Assembly (NCBI GenBank): GCA_030601885.1
Contig: JAUWAU010000014.1
Span: forward strand, 68,774-132,773
Direction of reading: 5' to 3'
Origin: Armatimonadota bacterium
Lineage (GTDB): Bacteria; Armatimonadota; Zipacnadia; JAUWAU01
Length of the DNA stretch: 64,000 bases
Position 1 is the first letter of the stretch, and each line of letters begins with the position of its first letter. The notes under the pieces are model-generated. The model made no database searches. It saw only the letters and a list, made by a program, of their open reading frames with translations, and was not told the DNA's origin. Positions 44,341 through 54,706 of this stretch are shown here, piece after piece. The position numbers and the translations under genes are program-made.

Positions 44341-45624
44341 TAAGTACACATATTCTCAAATACGATGACGTATTATGACTTGCCAGGTAGGTAGGCACTA
44401 TGGTATAGTCTCCTCCGTCAAGGAGGAGATTATGCCACGAAAGAGCCCATATGCCATTGTCCTGGCGCCTGCTGAAGAGGCGCAACTGACAGCCTTGGCC
44501 CGTAAGTATACGTCGCCGTACTATGTGGTGCTGCGAGCCAAGATCGTTCTCCTTGCTGCCCAGGGACACACCAATACCCAGATCGCGGCACGACTGGATG
44601 TGCCCCGGCAGGTCGCGAGCAAATGGCGAAAGCGATTCTTCGAGCATCGGCTCCACGGACTGGCGGATCGAGCGCGGGCAGGACGCCCGCGCACCTTTTC
44701 CCCCTCAGGTGCTGGTGCAGGTGAAAGCGCTGGCCGGTGAATTGCCGTGGCACAGCGGCCTACCCCTGTCCCGCTTCAGCAGCAGCGACATCGCCACCGA
44801 GGCCGTCCACCGGGGAATCGTGGCCCACATCAGCGGAGCCACCGTATGGCGCTGGCTGCACGAAGACGCCATCCGTCCGTGGCAGTACCGCAGTTGGATC
44901 TTTCCTCGGGATCCGGACTTTGAGCACAAGGCTGGGCGCGTCCTGGATTTGTACCACGGCCTCTGGTGCTCCACGGCTCTGGAGGCGGACGAGTACGTGA
45001 TCTGTGCCGACGAAAAGACCAGCATCCAGGCGCGGATTCGCACCCACGAAACCCAACCGCCACAGCCCGGGCAGCCCATGCGGGTGGAACACGAGTACGA
45101 GCGGGGCGGCGCCCTGGCCTATCTGGCGGCATGGGACGTGAGACGCGCCAAGCTCTTTGGGCGCTGTGAAGCCAAATGTGGAATCGAGCCGTTTGACCGG
45201 CTCGTCTCTCAGGTCATGAGCCAAGCCCCATATTGCTCGGCCAAGAGGGTCTTTTGGATTATGGATAACGGGTCGTCTCACCGAGGCCAAGCCTGTGTCA
45301 AGCGACTGCGCAAAGCTCATCCCACTATCGTTCCTGTCCATCTGCCCATCCATGCCAGTTGGCTGAATCAGATCGAGATCTACTTCTCCATCGTGCAACG
45401 CAAAGTCCTCACCCCCAACGACTTCTCCTGCCTGGAGGCAGTCGCCCATCGACTGCTCCAATTCCAGACGCATTACGAGGAAGCGGCTCAGCCCTTTGAG
45501 TGGAAGTTCACCCGGCAGGACCTGGCAAGCCTCCTGGCCAAACTCGCCGCGCAGTCCCACTCGCTGCCGCGGGCGGCATGAATCCGCAACAATACGTCAC
45601 CGAATTTACGAGCCAGAGTACTAA
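44341..45624 (+). mobile_element. IS630-family insertion sequence
   Basis: Imperfect 34-bp terminal IRs (44341-44374 and 45591-45624), CTAA/TA at both ends, two-ORF transposase. Confidence 0.92.
44432..45581 (+). CDS. IS630 transposase split by a +1 frameshift at TTTTCCCCC (44696-44704)
   Basis: ORF A 44432-44740 HTH (RAKIVLL, KWRKRF, GL.DR.R.GRP); ORF B DDE motifs ADEKT, MDN.S.H, WLNQIE.YF; RBS AAGGAGG. Confidence 0.9.
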
Positions 45625-45670
45625 GGCCAACGACGATAATCAGACAGGCGAACGCTGTTCGCTTGCTCAT
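45624..45670 (-). pseudogene. 5' stub (signal peptide) of a gene truncated by IS630
   Basis: Strong RBS GAGGAGGTG, then MSKRTAFACLIIVVGL running into the IS end. Confidence 0.55.
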
Positions 45671-45792
45671 TGATCTCACCTCCTCGACGAAGATCACGGC
45701 GTCATAGGCCAGCGCAACAGCGCCCCGGTGGAGCAGCGTCCTCTGCCTCCATAGCTAGATGCTCCCCTGTCTGTCGGTCGCTGAGGCAGAGC

Positions 45793-46488
45793 TCATCGCC
45801 GCAGCGCAAACTCAACAGCAGCTACCGCGTGGATCTTCGTGGTATCAAACAATGGAACTCGGCTGTCTTTCGCTCCAACCAGGAGCCCGATCTCAGTGCA
45901 TCCCAAGACGATCCCTTCAGCCCCGTTTTCGACAAGATGGTCCATTACCCTCACATACTGCTCTCTCGAGGACGGTTTCACTTGGCCAGCACACAACTCG
46001 TCGTAAATCACGCGGTGAACGACCCCTCTTTCTTCCGCACTTGGGATGAGGACCTGGAGTCCGTGCTTTCCCATTAGCCTGCCGCTGTAGAAATCGTCTT
46101 CCATTGTAAACCTGGTTCCCAGAAGGCCAATCGTTTTCAACTGCTGGCCTTTGATCTCTCGCGCAGTTGCGTCTGCGATGTGCAATAGGGGTATTCGAAC
46201 ATGCTTCTGGACTTCATCGGCCACCTTATGCATCGTATTGGAGCAAAGGATGAAGAAGTCAGCCCCGGCGCGCTCGAGGCTTTGCGCCGCGCCAATCATC
46301 ACTGCTGCCGCCTCATTCCATTCTCCTTGGTGTTGTAGAGCTTCCATTTCAGCAAAATCAACTGAGTACATAATGCTCTTGGCGGAGTGGAGAGCACCCA
46401 ACTGCGCTCTGACCGCCTCGTTTATCATCCTGTAGTACTCGATCGAGGACTCCCAGCTCATACCACCAACAAGACCTATCGTCTTCAT
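45793..46488 (-). CDS. Aspartate/glutamate racemase family protein (YgeA/RacX-like)
   Basis: MKTIGLVGGMSWESS..YYR, CSNTMH, LLGTRFTME, LGCTEI. Confidence 0.95.
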   Translation of the reverse strand: MKTIGLVGGMSWESSIEYYRMINEAVRAQLGALHSAKSIMYSVDFAEMEALQHQGEWNEAAAVMIGAAQSLERAGADFFILCSNTMHKVADEVQKHVRIPLLHIADATAREIKGQQLKTIGLLGTRFTMEDDFYSGRLMGKHGLQVLIPSAEERGVVHRVIYDELCAGQVKPSSREQYVRVMDHLVENGAEGIVLGCTEIGLLVGAKDSRVPLFDTTKIHAVAAVEFALRR

Positions 46489-46630
46489 GGCTTGCTCCTC
46501 GGATTGGCCGCTCTCTGAGCGCGTTATCACCAGCTTGCTGCCGGGTAACGCGAAAGAGAAGGAGAGGATCCCGTCGGATCCGGGCTAGGCTGTGGTCTTG
46601 GCAAGGCCAGCATGGAAGGCGGCCGAGTTC

Positions 46631-46915
46631 TCATTGCAGCTCATCGAGGTGCTCGCCCAGTTTCTCTATGGCTCGCACGACGTCGCGCATGTCCTCGCGA
46701 GTGCCCAACAGGCACTGCTGGCTGATGCTCACCTTCTCTTGACAGAGTCGCTCGCAATTCGGACACTGAACACTGCGGTAGTCAGGGAAGTGAACGAGCT
46801 CTGCGATGCGGCCGAAGCGGCGTTCGGTCAAAAGCCGGTTGTTGCAGAGTGGATGCGAGTAACCGCCGCCCGCGGGTATGCCTTCTGCGTTGAGTGCCTG
46901 AATGAACCTACCCCG
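46631..46915 (-). pseudogene. C-terminal remnant of a DegT/AHBA-synthase-like aminotransferase
   Basis: Manual translation RGRFIQALNAEGIPAGGGYSHPL...DY..V.CPN.E.LC...LLG..EDM.DVV.AI.K; no N-terminal part. Confidence 0.7.
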
Positions 46916-47126
46916 CCGCGGGCGGACGGGCGGCGTGATATTCAGCTTGGCGCTGCTCTGGTTACATTCTCCTCAACGGCTGTCGCCTGTCCGGCTCTCC
47001 ACCATTCGCCAGTATGTGCGCAACCTCGATGGGCCGAACACGATCGTAGTACGCATACCCAGCGCTCTTGGCCAAGTCGTCCGCGCCAAGATAGTCTCTG
47101 AATTGAGCGTATCTGCTTCTGTCGCG

Positions 47127-47907
47127 GGGCTTCCGTCAATAGGTGTGTAAACGTAGGTTAGGCGGCGAGCCCGTCTGGCTGGTTTGCTTGTCGAACTCCG
47201 TTGATGTAGACGGCCCCCTCGAAGAGCTCCTTCATCAACTCGGGAGCGTTCAAGCGTCGGAACCGGCTCTGGGCGATGAGCAGCATCTTCCAGATCACCG
47301 CCGTCGCATTCTCCACCTTCTTGAACCGCTTCGCCGCGTCTGTGCGAAGCCGCAACGCCGCGAACGGCGATTCCACCGGGTTCGTCGTCCGTAGATGTGT
47401 CCAATGCTCCTGGGGAAACGCGTAGAACGCCGTCATGCGATCCCAGTCCTGGTCGATCAGCTCCGCTGCGTCGCCGTAGGCGTGCGCGCGGCACCAACGC
47501 TGGAACGTCGCCTTCTCACGCTCCGCCTGTTGCACCGTGTCGGCATAGACGATCTTGCGCAGCAACTCCTTGGCCGGCGGCTGATCCTTCTTCCCGATCC
47601 GATCCAGCATGTTCAGCATGCGGTGGTTCCAGCACCGCTGCTCCGCCGCCTCCGGATAGATCTCACGCAGGCCACCCCAGATACCCAGATGCCCGTCCCC
47701 GATGACCAATCGCGGCGCTCGCAAACCCCGTGACCGCAGATCCCGCAGCACGCTCGCCCAACTTGCGGTCGATTCCCGATGCCCGCACTGCAGCGCCACC
47801 AGCACCGCCGCCTTGCGGTCCTCCAAGCCCGCCTTCAGGTACACCCCATCCACCCATAAATACACCACCTCCACGTCGTCTAACCGACGCTGCTTCCACG
47901 CCTCCAT
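47127..47907 (-). mobile_element. Truncated IS256-family element (3' part of transposase plus one terminal IR)
   Basis: W..R.L...YLWVDGVYLK, RES..SW...LRDL..RGL..P.L.IGDG, QRCWNH, LRTTNPVES.F; end motif TTTACACACCTATTGACGGAAGCCC at 47127-47151; N-terminal half missing, apparent short in-frame deletion after AVLVAL. Confidence 0.88.
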
Positions 47908-47978
47908 CCCCGCGTGACGGGCCGGTCCGTGTTCCCTCGTTGGTAGTCGTCGCAGCGGACGATGGCTACTTTCGGCAA
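47908..47978 (-). pseudogene. 5' stub of a DUF362-like Fe-S protein gene fused to the IS256 remnant
   Basis: RBS GGAGGA then TTG: MPKVAIVRCDDYQRGNTDRPV, resembling the DUF362 N-terminus M.KVAIV.C..Y. Confidence 0.5.
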
Positions 47979-48055
47979 GTTCTCCTCCATCTGGGGCGGG
48001 CGTTGCCAAATAGCACATACACGACGTATACTTACCGCAGTCGCAACTGGCATCC

Positions 48056-48106
48056 CGGGGACATGAGTGGTGCTTCCCGGGGTTGCCCATAGTATTCATG
48101 TCCCCG
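48056..48106. repeat. GGGGACA-family inverted repeat
   Basis: CGGGGACATGA (48056-48066) and TCATGTCCCCG (48096-48106), 11-bp perfect arms. Confidence 0.65.
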
Positions 48107-48129
48107 CAAGTCAGGTAGACACCTGCTCT

Positions 48130-49383
48130 TCAGTCTGATACGTTTGTGAACAAGAGACCGTCAGGGTTCGACGGTTGTCCTCTACTGTGCCCCATTCCCG
48201 GTGCGATCAGGTCCAGATCGCCATCGTTGTCCACATCGCCAATAGAACAACCGAATCCCAGGTTGAAATCGTTCGCAAGCTGGTGTTTGACCCAACGGAC
48301 ACCCGTGCCGAAGCGGACCAACTCAAGCCAGAATATGTCAGGGGGATCCTGTTCGCCCGGATCGTGATGCTGGTAATTACAGTGGCCGGCAAGAATGTCA
48401 ATATCGCCATCCCCATCGATATCGGCGTAGGTCGGCCAATGGATGGTGCACGGCAGCTCGCCCGGCAAGATCTCGTGTAGCGTGAAGGTGGGATTCAAGC
48501 CCCCTGAGGACTCTGACCAGTAGATTCCGTAGTTGTGTGCCCTCGGCCAGATAATATCGTTGTCGCCATCGTTGTCCACATCGTACACCAACGCATCCGC
48601 CACCTGCAGCCCTCGACGCTCCGTAGATGGGCGATCCGGGATCTCGTGCTCAATGTACTTGCCGGACGGGGTTCGCTCCAGCCAGACATAATCGGCCACG
48701 ATGTCTGGCCTATTGTCGCTATTCACATAACCGACGGTGGCCGCATGGGTCAGTATCTCGCTGACTTGTTCTCCGACCCACTCCTTCGTGGGATCAGCGG
48801 GAATTTCATACATCCATATGCCATCAACCGTTGTATTCCTACCGCCGGCCCTGAGCAACTCGATTTGTCCGTCACCGTCAACATCCACAAATCTTAGTTC
48901 TTCCAGCCAACCGAAATTGGAGTCCAGCATAACGTAATCGTTCCACGTGTCTGTGTACGGTGGACCGGGATTCCTGAACCAAACGACCCAGTCTTCCGAA
49001 TACCTTTTCTTGGAGCGCCAACCAACTATATCCAGCTCCCCATCACGGTCAATGTCGTGAATAGCCCCTCTCCAGAGAGTTGACTCAGTATGGTGGCTTG
49101 GATCCAGCAACGAGTAAGTGTGCGCAACCCAATCCGGCCCTTCATACCACTTGCCATTGTCGAGCACGATATCCGCCTTGCCATCGCGGTTGACATCCAC
49201 AACGGCTGAGTTCCCAAACTGGGTCTGCGTAAGGACATTGCGAAATAGCGTGCTCCTAGAGAATGTGACGTCATCAGCAAGAACTTCGGTCGAGAGACCT
49301 GTGCCGGTAAGCCACAAGGCGACAATGATCTTGACCAGGTGAGCATCCAGTAACCCATTCGCGTTCCTCTTTGCTCGGATCAT
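48130..49383 (-). CDS. Secreted FG-GAP/VCBS repeat beta-propeller protein
   Basis: Signal peptide; repeated D.D.DG..DI motifs (DVNRDGKADI, DIDRDGELDI, DVDNDGDNDI, DIDGDGDIDI, DVDNDGDLDL). Confidence 0.9.
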   Translation of the reverse strand: MIRAKRNANGLLDAHLVKIIVALWLTGTGLSTEVLADDVTFSRSTLFRNVLTQTQFGNSAVVDVNRDGKADIVLDNGKWYEGPDWVAHTYSLLDPSHHTESTLWRGAIHDIDRDGELDIVGWRSKKRYSEDWVVWFRNPGPPYTDTWNDYVMLDSNFGWLEELRFVDVDGDGQIELLRAGGRNTTVDGIWMYEIPADPTKEWVGEQVSEILTHAATVGYVNSDNRPDIVADYVWLERTPSGKYIEHEIPDRPSTERRGLQVADALVYDVDNDGDNDIIWPRAHNYGIYWSESSGGLNPTFTLHEILPGELPCTIHWPTYADIDGDGDIDILAGHCNYQHHDPGEQDPPDIFWLELVRFGTGVRWVKHQLANDFNLGFGCSIGDVDNDGDLDLIAPGMGHSRGQPSNPDGLLFTNVSD

Positions 49384-49473
49384 TTCATTACCTGCTCACT
49401 ATACGACAACTCGCCGATTCCTGACGGTGGCAATGCCATACTCGTTCCCATACCTATAGGAAAACATACGGAC

Positions 49474-49523
49474 TTGCAGGCTGGGAGCCTGCGCTCCCGG
49501 GAACGCACGCATCCCTGCCTGCT
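49474..49523. repeat. REP-like doublet (intact parent form of the element inside purL)
   Basis: TTGCAGGCTGGGAGCCTGCGCTCCCG followed by the degenerate inverted copy GGAACGCACGCATCCCTGCCTGC. Confidence 0.7.
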
Positions 49524-49542
49524 GACGCGATCTTCTTCAGTG

Positions 49543-52434
49543 TCACTCGGGACGCGCAGCCCTGCTCTGGTAGTCTGCTTCGATCTCGTGAGCGCTCAAT
49601 GCCCTCGCATAGATCCTCGCTTCGTCAATGACACCATTGAAGTAGTGGCCGGACCATCCAGAGCCGCCTCCGATATACACGTCCGTAGAGTTGCGCAGGT
49701 GTATTGGTTTTCTTGGTATGGTATTGCTTACAGCATGACCATTGAGATAGAACACTACCTCACTATCACTTGCAGTAAACGCTATGTGAGAGTACTTGTT
49801 CAAGTGCTCCCCGAGCGATAGGCCAAGTATCAGGGCTGACCTATCTGGGTATCCCATTATCAGATTCAGCGTCTTGTATTTAGGGTTGATGTCCAGGTGA
49901 TAGCCGGTCCGGTGTCCCCAGTCCCATTTCTTCACTATGCATCCATCGGCCTTGAATGGCTTCACCCACGCGACGAACGTCATCTCGTCAAGGATGCCGT
50001 CCAAGCTCGCGCTATTCGGACATCTCACAGCATCATCGACACCATCGAACTCCAGAGCCTTCCCGCTTCTCCCCTCGACCCAGCGGGGCCCCCCAAACAG
50101 AACCCCGTTGTTCCCGTGGCCGGACGTGTCCTGAGCACTCGCCCCGCGTCCCTCATCAAAGCGCCACAGGCCAACAAGATCCAGAGCCACGAGCGCCGTG
50201 AACTCGCTCTCCGCAGAGGTAGCTGAGTTGCCACCCTCGTCCGTGCTGCTCACGGTGAAGTAGTAGGCCCTGCCCGGGGACAACCCGTGCATGTCCACGC
50301 TGTGCGAGGTTGCATGGGACAAACCCCTCGCTGTGTGTCTGTACGCGCCTGGGGACGTGCCATATCTGACCAAGCTGTTGCTTGGCTCATCGGTGCTCCA
50401 GGTAATGGTTGCCTTGGCTGAGCTTATCCTCTCGACCTGCACACCTGAGATCACAGGTGGCGCCGTATCCCGTGTGAGCTGAAGATCCAGACTCGTCCTC
50501 TGGTTCTCAGTCACCATTACGCCTCTCTGAACTGCATCGTTGTATCCAGTCGCTGAGGTAGTGACTGTGCGAGTGCCGGGCAGTACATCCATGGCGTATG
50601 TCCCCGTGGCGCCAGTAGTGTCCTCTCCGATGCCATCCGTGACTCTTGCTTTCGGTATGGGCTTGCCAGTCGCCGCATCTATTACCACACCTCCAATGGT
50701 GCCGACGTTCCGGGCAATGAGATCTGCGAGTTGTCGTCGATAGAGCTCAAAGCCGTGTCCACGGGTTGGCCAACCGATGTCCTGTTTTGGGGCTGCTTCA
50801 CTGAGCGCACTCGGGACACAGCTCTTGACTATGGCATCAGCCTCAGAGCCCAAACCTGCCTGCTTGGCCAGCCACAGATACTCATAATCCTGCATACCTC
50901 TTCGCCAGTTCTTCATCCTTATCGAAGAAAGGGGACCTGGCAGTCGCCTGCTTGAACTTGGGATAACCTTGTCCTCTCCGGGATAGAAGAAAGTCCCGCT
51001 TCCGTTTCGATGGCCACGCCCAAACAGATCCTGTGGCGCCGGCCACTTCGTGGTTGACCAATAGAAGTATTGGTCAACGTTGTACCGCCAGCAGATCCAT
51101 GGCTGCACGCGGAAGTCAATGGCATCTGTGTCAATGGAGGTCTCACCATAGAAAGGTCGATCCCCATTGTAGAAGCTGCATTTTCTACCTTGCGCCTGCT
51201 CATGTACTGCGTCTGGAAGGTAATAGCCGTTCCCTTGCATACTCCAGAAGTCACAGTGCCCCTGCAACTCAGAGATAATCGGGCAGGCAACGTAAGTCGC
51301 AAGAGCACTTCCAGGGCCAGGATTGTTGTGAATCCACTGACATCTCTCAATGATGTCGTCATAGACTGGTCCGTGTGAATAGGGCTCGTCTCTCAGATAC
51401 TTGTGTATCTCAACATGAGGAGCATTGGCCCTGAACCAGTTCACCCAGGCATCTGAGCCGGCCCGCCAGCCTGCCTCCGTATCAGGAGAGAACTCCTCAG
51501 GGCGAGCATTATATGGGCCTACTGAGAAAGTGCCGTTTCCCGTGTTCTCCCCCGGCCCTTCATAGCCGTGTGCTGGCGTGTAGTACCTGCCGTCCATGTA
51601 TCCCCTGTAACGGTCAGTCATCACTGCAAGGTTCTGGACATGCTTGACAATGTCAAATCGGTGGCGATAGGCCATCTGGAAGTATCTGCGTTCTATCTCA
51701 TGATATGCTGCGGTGCCGGCCGCAACGCCGTGCCTGCCCACTATTCCAGAACCCGCAGGCCAGTCCCCCTGGACAAACATGTTCTTGAGATGACACTCGT
51801 CCGGCAGGATCAAGTCACACACCTGCAGAGACGCTGGTATGGTGTGGGTCACGACCGACTCCACACTCACCCGCACGTTACCGGTGTACGTCCCTGGCAC
51901 TGCATCTCGCGGGACCCAGATATCAACCCAGACTGCCTGATTGCTGTTGGCTGCTATGTCGAATGGGGCTCCTCCCAGACCCCTCGGAGCAGCAAAGGGT
52001 ATCAGGCAGTCAGGCACCCAGCCCGAGTAGTAGCCGGAGCCCTTGGTCACTTCCACGTAGTGCTCTGTAAGGAACTCGATCCTCTTTCCTCGGTAATCGA
52101 ACGGGTCCGAGGAGCCAGTGTTCTCGATCACGTATGGACCATTGGTGAGACTGTCCAGACTCACGTCTACGCCTTTCACGGCTGAGCCATTTGCTTCGAT
52201 GATCAGTTGGAACGCAACGACTTCGTTCCTTGCAGCGAACAGACTGATGCGACGGCCGTCCCAGACAGGATTGTCCGGACTCACTGCTAAGGGATGATCA
52301 TTGTCTGTCTTCTTCACTTTCTCGCCATCGTCAACTGCCCAGATCCTCGATATGCCTGCACTTGCAGGGCCCACAGCAACAACTAAGAGCATAAGACAGA
52401 ATAGGCTTGTTGCTCCCAGTGTCATTCGTTTCAT
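49543..52434 (-). CDS. Secreted DUF4091/GH123-like glycoside hydrolase with carboxypeptidase-regulatory-like, FN3 and LamG domains
   Basis: AARNE.VAFQL, VWVDIWVP, RDEP, G.G.FFYPG, SSIR...RRG.QDYEY; ATITWSTDEPS..V.YG FN3; W.FDEG.G..A.D.SG...GVIDEARIY.RALS LamG. Confidence 0.85.
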   Translation of the reverse strand: MKRMTLGATSLFCLMLLVVAVGPASAGISRIWAVDDGEKVKKTDNDHPLAVSPDNPVWDGRRISLFAARNEVVAFQLIIEANGSAVKGVDVSLDSLTNGPYVIENTGSSDPFDYRGKRIEFLTEHYVEVTKGSGYYSGWVPDCLIPFAAPRGLGGAPFDIAANSNQAVWVDIWVPRDAVPGTYTGNVRVSVESVVTHTIPASLQVCDLILPDECHLKNMFVQGDWPAGSGIVGRHGVAAGTAAYHEIERRYFQMAYRHRFDIVKHVQNLAVMTDRYRGYMDGRYYTPAHGYEGPGENTGNGTFSVGPYNARPEEFSPDTEAGWRAGSDAWVNWFRANAPHVEIHKYLRDEPYSHGPVYDDIIERCQWIHNNPGPGSALATYVACPIISELQGHCDFWSMQGNGYYLPDAVHEQAQGRKCSFYNGDRPFYGETSIDTDAIDFRVQPWICWRYNVDQYFYWSTTKWPAPQDLFGRGHRNGSGTFFYPGEDKVIPSSSRRLPGPLSSIRMKNWRRGMQDYEYLWLAKQAGLGSEADAIVKSCVPSALSEAAPKQDIGWPTRGHGFELYRRQLADLIARNVGTIGGVVIDAATGKPIPKARVTDGIGEDTTGATGTYAMDVLPGTRTVTTSATGYNDAVQRGVMVTENQRTSLDLQLTRDTAPPVISGVQVERISSAKATITWSTDEPSNSLVRYGTSPGAYRHTARGLSHATSHSVDMHGLSPGRAYYFTVSSTDEGGNSATSAESEFTALVALDLVGLWRFDEGRGASAQDTSGHGNNGVLFGGPRWVEGRSGKALEFDGVDDAVRCPNSASLDGILDEMTFVAWVKPFKADGCIVKKWDWGHRTGYHLDINPKYKTLNLIMGYPDRSALILGLSLGEHLNKYSHIAFTASDSEVVFYLNGHAVSNTIPRKPIHLRNSTDVYIGGGSGWSGHYFNGVIDEARIYARALSAHEIEADYQSRAARPE

Positions 52435-52593
52435 TGTTTCTTCTGCCTTTGGTAACGTCACCGACATGTGCTTCCCGAGATAGCGACCCTCTTGCTCCGC
52501 TCACGCAAGTCGCCGGCATCTCCACGCGTTCGGCGTTTCTTGTGACTCCCTGCTTACCTCGCGGAACCAGTCAGGGCTGGAACAAGCTCGCCA

Positions 52594-54387
52594 TCAGCGA
52601 TGGGTGGCGCGGCCCACGCGAACGATGAGGTCCGCCAGCTCCTCCCGAGCCGCTAGCAGCGCCTCTGGCTCGTGACACCATTCGGTGAAGCTCCTGACCA
52701 CTGACTGACCTTCGAGCCACTGCCTGGCCTCCGTGACCAGTTCTGGCCTCCTGCCCATTTTCTCGAGCCTCTCGACACCCTTCTCAATGAGCCAGACGTA
52801 CTCGTAGTCCTCCATTCCATCGCGGAGCGCCTCCAGCCGGATGGAGGAAAGGGCAGTGCCATTCGGGCCGGGATAGATGAGATGACCGTCACCATTGTAT
52901 TGGTGTCCCCAGCGGCTGACGAAGTTGGCCGCCACCCAGGGACGGTTGGGCCACTTCTCCTCTGGACGATCGCCCTTCAGGTTTTCCTCACCCCAGTGGA
53001 TCGCCGTCCAGTAGGCGAACCCCTCGACGTCACACTCCCAGCAGAGCCAGGGCAGGATGCGGCAATCCATTAGGGGGTAGTCGATGAAGATATTGGGGTA
53101 GGGATGGCGAACATCACAGGCCACGTACATCCAAAGCACCTTGTTCTCCCGCCGCCAGCGGTCCATGTTGGCTTGGGCCGGCGCACCGCCGCGGGCGATG
53201 TTCAGCATGTGGAGAACGCAGATGTCCACCTCGTTTTCACACAACTCCACGAGAGGACCAGTCACGGGGCCACAGAGCCCGGCCCGCAGACGCGGGTTCG
53301 CACGATGCACCGTCTTTAGCTCTTTCAGCACCTCAGGCGCTTTGTCGTCGGGCGGCTCATCCCGAACGTACACAAACGCGTGGTCGAGCCAGCCGCGGGC
53401 GTCGAGGTGTTTCGCAAAGTCACTGAGGTAGGCGATGAGGCGTTCTTGCTGCTCCTCGGTGAGGTCGGGACCGCCTGGAAGGAGGGCGAGCCGGAAGGCT
53501 GTCATGCCGCGTGGAAAGCAGTATTCCAGCCCTTCGTCGATCGCGCGGTAGTAATCGGAGGGGTCTGTCTCAGGCCCATCCAAGACCGCGCGCATGTTTC
53601 GCTCGCGGATGATATCGCTGCTCAGCCGATGAGTGAAGAGCATATCCCAATAGTTGCGGAGCATTGACTGTGGAATCGGCCAGCGGTTGTAGAAGTGCGA
53701 CAGCGTGCTTTGGTAGATGGGGATGGCGGAGGCTAACGGAGGGGTGGCTGCGAGCGTGAAATCCCAGACCGTGAGCTCGAGCCCCACCTCGCGGTCGGCG
53801 AGGCCCTCTGCGGAAACGCTGATGGCGCCCATGTAGCGCCCCGGCGCGGCCGAGTCAGGGACATGCACGGTGATCCAGAACGGCTGCCGCCCTCCCGCCT
53901 CCACGGCCACTGGTCCAGAAGGCATCAAGGGATCCGGCCACCAGCCCACCCGGTCCACCGGATACCTGGGCCGGTTGGTCTTCACATAGCCCACCGGGTT
54001 AGCCAACGTCCTGGCGGATGGAATCACGGCCCCCCCAGCTTCATGACGTAGATCGGAGACCTCGACCCTAACCTGGCTCAGCGGCTGCTCGCCAGCGCCG
54101 ACGACAACTTGCAGCGACTCTCTCTCATTCCGGCAGGCACTGATCCGCGCAGGCCCTTGCCGGAGCGGGCTCTCGCCTTCCTCCAGCTCGCGCAGCACCT
54201 TGGTGAGGCTATCCGCCACGAAGACCCGCATCGCCTTTATCCTTTCTCGCTGGGGGAAGCTGCTGCCCTCGGCCCAGCAGTCTCCGGACGGCAGAAGCAT
54301 GAGCACTGTCACCCCGGCAGCGAGATGCGCAGCAGTTCGCAACGCTGATCGCTTCGCTACGCGCGGGCCGCCATCGCGAGATCGCAT
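52594..54387 (-). CDS. Secreted DUF4091/GH123-like glycoside hydrolase
   Basis: A.RNERES.Q, WPDPL.P, QPFWITVHVP, L.VWDF.L, RDEP, NGDG.LIYPG, SSIRLE..RDGMEDYEY; start uncertain. Confidence 0.88.
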   Translation of the reverse strand: MRSRDGGPRVAKRSALRTAAHLAAGVTVLMLLPSGDCWAEGSSFPQRERIKAMRVFVADSLTKVLRELEEGESPLRQGPARISACRNERESLQVVVGAGEQPLSQVRVEVSDLRHEAGGAVIPSARTLANPVGYVKTNRPRYPVDRVGWWPDPLMPSGPVAVEAGGRQPFWITVHVPDSAAPGRYMGAISVSAEGLADREVGLELTVWDFTLAATPPLASAIPIYQSTLSHFYNRWPIPQSMLRNYWDMLFTHRLSSDIIRERNMRAVLDGPETDPSDYYRAIDEGLEYCFPRGMTAFRLALLPGGPDLTEEQQERLIAYLSDFAKHLDARGWLDHAFVYVRDEPPDDKAPEVLKELKTVHRANPRLRAGLCGPVTGPLVELCENEVDICVLHMLNIARGGAPAQANMDRWRRENKVLWMYVACDVRHPYPNIFIDYPLMDCRILPWLCWECDVEGFAYWTAIHWGEENLKGDRPEEKWPNRPWVAANFVSRWGHQYNGDGHLIYPGPNGTALSSIRLEALRDGMEDYEYVWLIEKGVERLEKMGRRPELVTEARQWLEGQSVVRSFTEWCHEPEALLAAREELADLIVRVGRATHR

Positions 54388-54706
54388 TGGCTTGCCTATC
54401 ACGATCTGCTCCATTAGGGCACTTCCGTTTTGCAAACACCCGGTGCTTTGGGAATTCGGCCTTGGAACTACTCACCTGATCCAATTCCCGAACCGAGCCG
54501 GCTCCTATCCGCCCATCTGCACAGTCACTCCGAACGACTGCGCCAGCTCACGGATGGATTCAAGCCCGTCGCCCCACACTGCGGCTTCCCCGCTGCTGCC
54601 GTTCCGTCGGCCCACGCAACCGTCAAAACCAAGCCATACAGCAGTAGACAACACGGCAGGATACTGTGGCCTCCGAAGGGCCTGCGTGTTCCTCAAGTGG
54701 AATGCC

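Noticed and set aside
46975-47120. Possible gene fragment beside the IS256 end
   Set aside because: Open frames exist but none could be assigned to a family by eye.
47908-48099. N-terminal 64 aa of the 313-aa transposase ORF
   Set aside because: Not IS256-like; overlaps a repeat and a different-frame gene stub.
54490-54700. Possible small ORF or signal-peptide remnant (ILPCCLLLYGLVLTVAWADG...) on the minus strand
   Set aside because: No clear start or RBS and no recognisable family; too weak to call.
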